DNA from: Eledone cirrhosa
Lineage: Eukaryota
Reading direction: 5' to 3'
NCBI GenBank assembly: GCA_964016885.1
Contig: OZ024749.1
Coordinates: 4,836,001 to 4,900,000, forward strand
Length of the DNA stretch: 64,000 nucleotides
Shown: positions 54,770-64,000 of the stretch, one piece after another
How the letters are laid out: every line of letters starts with the position of its first letter
Numbering within the stretch: the stretch's first letter is position 1
Made by a program: the position numbers and the translations under genes
The notes under the pieces: model-generated
Databases searched by the model: none
What the model was told of the DNA's origin: nothing
The model's input: the letters and a program-made list of their open reading frames with translations, nothing else

Positions 54770-54930
54770 AAGAATTGACCCCAGTAGTAAAATGGTACTT
54801 TTCTTATTGAACTCGAAAGGGTGAAAGGCAAAGGTGACCTCGGCGAGGTTTGAACTCAGAGAATGCAGAGAGCAGCTACGAATGTCTACCACTCAGCATT
54901 CTACCCGACGTTCAAATTTCACTGCTCATT
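54770..54930 (-). mobile_element. SINE family A-related copy
   Basis: gtgaaaggcaaaggtgacctcggcgaggtttgaactcagag. Confidence 0.7.
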
Positions 54931-56740
54931 CATCATGCCATACCTTCTGTATGTTTGCCAATCTTTCTATTTCTAGCCTTGTTTGTAACACGAGCCAGAA
55001 TTATCTGTGGAACGACCTCATAATTCCCACCTTCATTTCTATTCTTAGCGTCCTCTTATGTCCATCATATATATCTAAAGAAATAATCCGGTTCATTATT
55101 TTTAGTTCTTGATTTGAATCAAATTTAAATCCATTCTAGTAAATTCATCTCATCACATAGTAACATTGGTTAATTTGTACGCCTTCACTTTACATTCGAT
55201 CGAGTTTAGATATCTAGCCGTGTATTGTCCACTTTTAATTGGATTGAATCATTTGTATAGACGAGAAGCTTTATAATTTGTCAATATATATATATATCTG
55301 ACACTAAGAATTTGTTGATTGAAACCACATAAAATTATATATATAAAGAGAGATAGAGAGATATGGCTTCTATTTTCAATGGCGAAACACGTGTCAATTA
55401 TGTGATAACTGTGAAATTGATGCATTGATGAGATGTATTAGTTCGGATCTCTGCTGTCGAACCGGCCGCAGCTCAGTCGTAGGTGTCCTGACTCTTTTCC
55501 TATATATATATATATATATTTTTTTTTATTAAAATAACAGAGTAAAGTTTAAGCAAATAATCGCTGCTTTCACCCTTAACGGGATGTTCTGAAACTAACA
55601 AAGTCAATCTGTGAACGCAGAAGTGAATATTTCAAAAAACGTTCCAACCGGAGGAAGACAGGAAGACGATACTTTGGTTCGTGGAAACGTTCCCTGGCAA
55701 ATAACGGGAAAAAACATATAATGCTGAGTAATTGGTGGCCTTGTGCCTAAAGTAGAAACAATTATTTGGAGCGGTGAAAAACAATTACACGCAAAGACAA
55801 AACCAAGTTTATGGTATAAAAGAAGTCTTAGACTAATATCCTATTAGGTGATTCATAGAGACGTTCTCTGGCAATGAACGAAAAAAACGAAGATAATACG
55901 TCATATGTGAAGCGTGGCGAACAATTACACGCAAAGACAAAACCACGTAATGGTATCACTGAAGTCGTAGACTAAAATTCTAACTAGGATACCGAATGAT
56001 TCTCGGCTTCAGAGTTAAGAATAAAGTAAATAAAATACAGAGATAATTGAAATTAAATAAATACATACACGCATCCATATACGTACATACACAAGCATAC
56101 GCGAAAACACTCGCCATAGGTATACAAATACACACACATATATATATGGGTGTGTGTGTGTGTGTGCGTGTATACAAATAATTAAATAAACGTATATAAA
56201 TAAATAAATAGGTATATAACAAGCACACACACATACCTACATCTAAATACACATATGTTCGGAGACTACGTCAACCAAAACACGAAGTACACATATACAC
56301 ACACCCTACATACGTACGAACCCGCATACTTGCACAGACGCAAAACTCACGTATACACATAACCAAAAGCATATGTACCAGAATATATAAAATATACGCC
56401 ATAACATATACAATCAAATATACGTACGAGAGAGTATACGTACCTTCACAAAACATACAGGTAATATATACCTACCTATACAAATAAGTAATGGTATAAA
56501 CATAACATATATTTAGCTATCACATCAAGACGTAAAAATATCCGCGTATAGATCGTACTATCCGTTAGGGTATAATGTGGGGCTGTAATACAGGAAAGTT
56601 TTGTGCAATTTACGTTTACAAGCCGAAATTGCCTCAGATTTTTTGTTTAAGATTTGGTCTTACGGTTCTTATATATTTGATATATATTTATCCTTATCGA
56701 GCTCTCTTTGGATTTTAGTCTTCACAATTATTATTATTAC

Positions 56741-56818
<78 letters not shown>

Positions 56819-57259
56819 CGTGTGTGTGTGTGGTTTCAATAAGATAATTGTTAGTGTTATTAGAGATACTGGTAGTATAGCAGGACAGAAAGACACTTAA
56901 ATCCTGATAGTAGTGGTGACGTCCTAATAGAAAACATTTTAAACCTGGCGTCACACAAACTTCTCCAGAGCTGAACATGTCCAATTTCTTTGGGAAAAGT
57001 GAGAGCAAAACACATTTATAAAGAGGGATAATAGAATAGATCTCCAGTACTTGACTGGTAATTTACTCATCGACCTCGAATTTATGAAGACCAATGTTGA
57101 CCTTAGCAGTGTTTTAAATATGAAGGACAATGGGCCGGAGCAAATACCTTTAATTTTATCCAACGGAGATTTCTCCATCGTACTACAGAGATTGTGGGGC
57201 TAGAATACAGAAAACTTCCCAAGGGAACACATTCTACAAGGCAAATCTGTAGTAGTAAG

Positions 57260-58200
57260 GGTAGCCGGTAATTTCACCCCTTGTAATTTCACTGCCAGTA
57301 ATTTGATTGCCACTCAATTTCACTCCTTGTAATTTCAGTCCCGATGTTAGAACAAAATAAAACATTGCAATTCCTCATTACTATCACTAGTCATTATCAG
57401 TTCAAAGTATAAAACCAATACAGTATTTCTAATATATAAACTAACTATACGAAACAAGAAAACAAATACTACTAAAAACCGTGTTAACATCCTTTATTAA
57501 TCCAATACATGAAGGTAATCATATTAGTTAAAAGTATGAATCAACGTGTAATTATAATAAAGATAAAAGGTACAGTACAACATAAAAATATTATTAAAAG
57601 GTTCAATAATGAATGTTATGAACTATTCCTCGTAAAAGATCCATCCTATTGTCAGGATTATATCGCTCAACAATTATCTGCAGTCGTTTGCTTCTATCTT
57701 TATAGTATTTTGGGGTCTCTCAGATCTCACCTAGATCAATTTCAACCTTTCTCAGTTTTGCCAAGTGTTATTTCCTGTTAAATGCAATAATTAATTTCCA
57801 TAGATTCGTATGTGTACAAGTCAAGCTAAAGGACTTTGTTGTGCGTTGTGATATCCCTCTAAATGAGTATTAGTGCGAGGCATATCCGATTCTGTTCTGA
57901 AGCGGACATTCAAACTATCAATGGGAATCAAAGGAGTTCTTCATGCCCTAATTCCTTAACCTCGCAATAATCCTATCTACGATAATTCAAAGTAGGACAG
58001 AAGTTCTTGCGGGAGATCATTGTAAGTGAGGGCCTTAAGTAGTAAGATTAAGGCTCTCGCCTTCATCGGACATTGTAGATAAACCTGTGTACATAGGAAG
58101 GAGTCCGTTATGTTAATGTGGAATTTAGGGGTCGTTATCCCACATCTTTGGGAAATATATCTACATACTATTATAATCGTATTGTAATTCATACATGATC
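57260..58200 (-). mobile_element. Decayed Mutator-like (MULE) transposon end
   Basis: Minus strand encodes LLSYFE and PRTNTHLEGYHN, the MULE transposase C-terminal motif. Terminal short tandem repeats (gtaatttcac) at 57268-57340. Confidence 0.6.
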
Positions 58201-59394
58201 TGTTTATTGATACAGACCTGTCAACCTTCTCGGTCCGACCGGGAGATTTCCCGCACCCTTTGCGGTGGGTGAGAGATGTCTTCTCTCGTGAAAATTGGTA
58301 TAGCTTTCATTATCTAAAATCTCCCCATTTTGTCTTATTTCTGGCTGTTGTGGGGCACTTCTGTTTCATGGTACTCCTTGTTTGGGTTTTTAGAGGTTGG
58401 GAGGTCTGCTAATGTGTCTTTACTGTTGTCGCCAAGGAAAGGAATTATCATGAACAATATTGCTATTATTAGGTTAATAATGGTTATTATTACTGACAAG
58501 GCTATTATTAATAATCTTCTCTTCAACATCATCTAAAGAAGTTTTTTTTCCAGTTGTTTTTTTCAAAGAGAAAATATAATAATTGTTGGTTAAAAAACAA
58601 AAACAAAGAATACGCATTGAAAAAGTAGACATAATGAAGACACTATTCGTTTCAAGAGACTATTTTTCTTAATTAGTATAAAAAATTATAATCTATATTT
58701 CCTGTGCATTTTCCATTGATGTTGACCAATTTAAATTGAAATGAAAGTGAGAAAAAAGTACTCTGCACTAATACAGACACAGAATCATCAATGGAAATGT
58801 GAAATAACAGTAAAATAAGTAGTCGTAGTATTAGTAATAATAATAATAATTATAATGACAGTGGTAATAATAATAATAACGAATATATAATTAAGAAAAA
58901 TTGGTAGACAGACTATATTGATTTGCTTCTGTGAAGAGCATGAAAAACATTTAGGTGGGCAGTTTAAGAGACCTCGGTGGGAGCCGCTATGGACATGTTG
59001 GGGATGGTAGTGGTGGGTTGATTTGTAAGTAAAACATTTGTCCAATTTTCATCGTTGTGACATGTGAAATGTGTAAGGTAAAATATTCCATGTATAAACT
59101 CTTAGAGAAACTGATTCTACCTGTTCTCCAAACATTCCTGATGAAGGTCTTCCGTTCCAAACATTCCTGATGAAGGTCTTCCGTTCCAAACATAAAAGTC
59201 TCCTCCAATGCTTCTACGCCTGACTCTATTTATTGCATTATCTACATCTCTCCGTTCATCCGCTCAATATGAGGTTACATCTTGAGCTGGCCTTTTCTTA
59301 TACACTGAGCAATTAATATTTACAACCACACACCGCACTGAGATTCCTACAATTTTATGAAAGAAAAAAAAAAAAATATATATATATATAGAAG

Positions 59395-59630
59395 TTCTAT
59401 TTAAATTGTTGGGATACAACAAGCAAATATTTTTATAACTGATATAAAGCACTCAACAAATTATTGGAGTAAAAATACGATATATTAACAAATGGAAACT
59501 ATATAAAACTGATCTATATTATATTTTATCTGATGAAAGCACACCATAATTTAACTTGGTGAACTTGAAATATGTATAATGAAATAAATATGGTTTTATA
59601 AATAGTTTCCATTTGTTAATATATCGTATT
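59395..59630. mobile_element. Hammerhead-bearing small element with inverted 3'-end duplication
   Basis: 59522-59586 (+): tattttat-CTGATGA-aag..ctt-GAAA-tatgta-TA-atgaaata. 59474-59501 is the reverse complement of 59602-59630. Confidence 0.75.
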
Positions 59631-60566
59631 ATATATATATATATATAGAGAGAGAGAGATAGTTCCAAATGTTAAAGTCCTTTATTGGTAATGATGTTAT
59701 ACATATATCAATGACGACACTGACCACACGATTCTGTGTAACCAGTGCCGTGACATCATCATCCTGCAGGACTAAAAACAAAACCTGTCAAAGAGCAAAG
59801 GAGCTCTTAAGAGTCAATGGCCATCCAAAATCACTGGGAGAGATGACATACCTATATACATATATACGTACATATATACATACATATTATATATACATAT
59901 ATACATACATATATACATATATATATATATAAGATAGGGTGTGGTAAAAACCAGCTAGACTAGAACCCACCAGAGTATTCTCGACACTTGGGGTAGTGAG
60001 TGGGTAATATGAAAATATTCATGACCCCGACGGCAGAGCTCCGGCTGGTGCGCAGCCGTCGGGGTCTTGAATATTTGCATATATATATACATACATAGCA
60101 TCGGGACGTTGACCAATCGATATTAACTTGATTATAAAATATCAGGTACAGATAGGCTTTTGTAGATATTGTTATATGTACAACATTATTTGTATCTTGC
60201 AGAAAAGACATGTAACTATGCAGAATATAAAAATATCACTTACATTACATATTTATAGTTCTCTCTCTCTCTCTCCCCTTTCTCCCCCCTCTCTCTCTCT
60301 CTCTTATATATATATATACATATGTATGTACGTATGTATGTTCTTCTGGTTTTATAATTTCACAAATCTTTACCAATAGAGAGAGAGTCGATTTCTAACA
60401 TAGACACAAGACTCTCTCATTGGAATTTACTCAACATCAGCTAGGTAGATATGTATGCATGCATGCATGTGTGTGCAGGTATGGATGTTATTGTATGTGT
60501 GGATGTGGATGTTTTGAGGTGTATGTGTGCATATGTTGTGTATCTGTACATGTGTATATGCAGTTA

Positions 60567-61030
60567 TTAGATGCAGAATGTTTTAAATGTTTTACATATG
60601 TTTACTGTTGCATTAATGGATTGTACTTGTAATTTCCTAACTAGTCGTGTTCTTTCTGTTCCCGTGAAGCCTAGCTTCTCAAGATTTGTATTGAGGCAGT
60701 TACTAACATACCCCAGTGCCCCAATAATCACAGGCATAAATCTGAAGGTGTAATCAGGTTTGTGTATCTGCAGATTTCTCATCAATTCTGCATAAATATT
60801 CTCCTTTTCGCTAACCTTTGATATTATATTGGCATCTGTTGGGCAACTAACTTCCACTACTGTGCATGCTTTCTTTTCCCGGTCCCACATCATAATATCT
60901 GGTCTCTTATGCCTGCATTTTATTGGGGGTTTTACTGGAACATTCCACCAGTACTCTTTCATATTATGTATATGGATGTCTTCCACATTGTTGTAGCTTT
61001 TAATGTGTTTATTATCGGGGCTATCTTTTC
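60567..61030 (-). mobile_element. 3' fragment of an R4/Dong-like non-LTR retrotransposon (restriction-like endonuclease)
   Basis: RPDIMMWD..VVEVSCP..KENIY..PVIIGALG is the PD-(D/E)xK RLE signature. Flanked by (TATG)n-like repeats. Confidence 0.8.
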
Positions 61031-62497
61031 TACGGATTGCATTGTATGTATGTATATATGTATGTATGTATATATGTATGTATGTATATATGTATGTATG
61101 TAGCTATCTGCTAGTGGGCGTTATGTGTGATAACACATGCAGTAATACTAAAAATGAAGTGAAGAAGAAAACCCAATACTTCAGCTATATAGACAGTATA
61201 TATGTCTATAGTTACAACATATACTATAGCATTCTCCGACGGATGGATGAATACCTGGTATTTTACAGGGTTAAAACAACCGCTAAAAGTAGTGCCTTGA
61301 TCTACTTCACATCACACTGAAATGTAAATGTGGAAAGAAGATTCTGAACAAAATGATATTTGACATTGATCTAATATACATGCTGGGTCCCGGCTAGACT
61401 GCTTATATCCTATGGCGTCACAATATGGCGACTGAAGTATACAATATAGATATAATGGATACAAGGGCATATTTAGATATAGAGATGGACACCCATCATT
61501 GCAGTTATGTAAATATTTGTTTACACTGAGTTTGCGGGCCAGGCAGTGAGCTTCAATGTGGTCATGTGACCAGCTAGAAAAAGCAGACAACTTTCCTTTA
61601 AATCACACATTTATGTCTTCCAATGTGAGATGTGTTGGCTAATGTAAGTGTAGGTTCTCTGCCTATAAGGAAAAGCGGAGTTAGTTAGCTCTCAGGTATA
61701 CATTTGATTATATGTGTGAGTTTAGGCACGACAATAATATCAAAAACGGTGATTACAAGGACAAGAACAACACAAACATGAACATTTCATCGGTTTCCAT
61801 TTAGTCTGTCTGCTGTGGGAATCACAAATACATTATTCATCGATTTAAGCGTCGAATCAAATTAAAAACCGAAAAATTCTCCTTACAAATAAATCATCAT
61901 TTGGGTGTTTGTTTATTCATTTGGAGTAACATGGCTAATTTTAATATGAAATATATTTTAAGCAAATAAAGATCATGCAAATAAAGTAAAAGTAAAATGA
62001 TTTAAAATTTGTCCCAAATATTTGTAAAATATTCACCACTCTTCCGATACATTCATGGAGATATTTACAAGAATATAACATGTACTTTTAAAGAAAAACA
62101 ATATGCAATTTTTCATGAAAGATATTCATTTCAGCTGAGATATTTAAATTTTGTTTTCCTACAGCCATGTAAGGTTCATCCGGCTGTCAAGTAAATTCTC
62201 TAATGGTATCGCCTTTGTCAACGTCTTTTGTTATTTAATGTCATATAATTTTGTTTATTTTATAGTCGTTCTGGTTTAACCCACAGGGCTATCCTCATTG
62301 AACAGAATTATAATATAAGGTGTCACTGCTATCAGCGTGTGTCATTTTGGGAATTGCAGTTATTTTATATTTAAAACAGTCTGGTGCTTGTAACGTGAGA
62401 GAGATATGTGTGCTATTTCCATCAGGCGACACGGCCACTAATAGATTTTCCCTCTAATTTATTGAGTTATATATGTATAGCATAGATATAGATACAT

Positions 62498-62650
62498 AGG
62501 CGGTGAATTGGCGGAGCCGTTACAACGTCGGATAGAATGACATGTAGTGTTCATTCTCCCCCTGAGTTCAAATTCCCCCCTGGTCAACTCTGCCTTTCCT
62601 CTATACATGGTTGATAAAAATTACCAGTCATGTACTGCGGTCGATGCTTC
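62498..62650 (+). mobile_element. SINE family A-related copy (degenerate)
   Basis: ggcggtgaattggcggag..ctgagttcaaattcc..ctgcctttcct..gttgataaaaattaccagt. Confidence 0.65.
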
Positions 62651-63266
62651 CTCTGTATCATGTTCTCTCTGCCTTTCTCTCAGTCTTTCCATCCTTCTCA
62701 GGATTTAAAAAATACACTAGAATCTCCGTTTACCAATATGACTCCCATACGACTCCCTCGGAGGTTACGGGACCTTACATACATACACATATTCTGTTTG
62801 TTACCTCTTCTCCACGGGTTCAAATGAGCACCAAATTGGCGGCAAAACCTCATCCGTTTAGAAATGAAGTTCCTAAATACAATCGCATATCCTATTCTGA
62901 TAGACATTTCCTTTGCACTATAGAACGTACTTCCGCCTTCTTGCTTTTCTGATCACTACAATTTTGCAAATATTCAAAGGCAACATCAATCGCCATCTCC
63001 TCTTTCTTGATGTGTGTTCCATCTGTCTTGTCGTTATAATTTCTCACAAATCTCTTGCACTTTGTTGGCTTTATTTTTGTAGTTCTAGTAAGCAAGAAAA
63101 GATACATTAACACGCACACACACATATACACATGTGGAAGGATGGGTGTGCGCGTGTGTGTCTATGAGTGTGTGTGCGAGTGTGTATGTGCATGTGTGTC
63201 TCTCAGTGTGTGTGTCTCTTCCTGTTTACTCTTTACCTTTCTATTTTATCTGTCATCTCTAATTTT

Positions 63267-63304
63267 GACTTCTGATGACTGACTAGTGTCCGAAAGTTTA
63301 AGTC
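63267..63304 (+). ncRNA. Degenerate minimal hammerhead motif
   Basis: gactt-CTGATGA-ct.gac/tagt/gtc.c-GAAA-gt-TT-aagtc. Stem I is a perfect 5 bp, and stem III is almost absent. Confidence 0.45.
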
Positions 63305-63450
63305 GCTTTTTTCTGTTATTTGACGCGTTAATCTAATATATTTCTTCATCGTTTAGTTTGTTAATTCTATTTATTTTACAGGCATACACACACACACACT
63401 CACACACACACACACACACACACATACACCCCCCCCCCACACACACACAC

Positions 63451-63492
<42 letters not shown>

Positions 63493-64000
63493 AAGCAAAG
63501 AGATATTTAATTTGTTGGTTATTCAACAAATTTATTTATAACAGATTCGAAGCACTCTACAAGATTTTTCTGGAGTATAATATCAATGATATTAATAAAT
63601 GGAAACTATATTTATAAAACCATTTACTAATATCATTGATATATATATATATATATATGAGAAAATTATTAAATGAGATGTCCTACACGAGTGAAAGTAT
63701 AAAGAAAAGAAATCGAGAATGCAACAGAGTTTGTGGTTTTTCTCACAGATGCGAGAAAAACCACAAACCTTCCGTTTCTACTTTTGAAAATCATAAGAAC
63801 TGTGAAACCGGAAAAGGAAACAAATAAATATTCTTAAAAAGACTCCTGTTGCACTTTAGCTATCTTTTCTTTATATATTTATATATATAACCAATATATA
63901 TAACCAAAAGTTTAACAAGGTTCATTGATTAATCAATGAATATAGTTTTACAATAGATTAGAAGCATATATATATTTTACTTGTCTTTATATATACTTAT

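Noticed and set aside
59126-59205. Duplicated 29-bp cctgatgaagg unit as a hammerhead
   Set aside because: The GAAA half reads CAAA and no stem I is evident. At most a decayed relic.

Overview
This is AT-rich eukaryotic DNA with no recognisable host-gene exon. The SINE families and very long (TA)n/(CA)n tracts suggest a cephalopod (octopus-like) genome, which is an inference. Almost all long ORF-track entries (YIYI/CVCV) are microsatellite translations. The real coding content is retroelement-derived: two decayed RTE LINEs (one with a twin-priming-type inversion), a nearly intact Penelope-like element (PLE) with RT and GIY-YIG domains of Naiad type, an inverted 3' PLE fragment, a full-length L1/Tx1 LINE inside a (GATA)n tract, and 3' fragments of CRE, CR1-group and R4/Dong-like elements. 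There are also hAT, Tc1/mariner and MULE remnants and many tRNA-derived SINEs. The main signal is a 3.5-kb head-to-head palindromic array of a non-coding 466-bp unit (42708-46212) inserted in (TA)n. Each unit carries a canonical minimal type I hammerhead ribozyme (8 in total). This looks like a non-LTR retrozyme or circular RNA copied by rolling reverse transcription and integrated with PLE geometry. About ten further hammerhead-bearing small elements occur in the window, several with the same inverted architecture. All motifs and foldings were read by eye, and boundaries are approximate.
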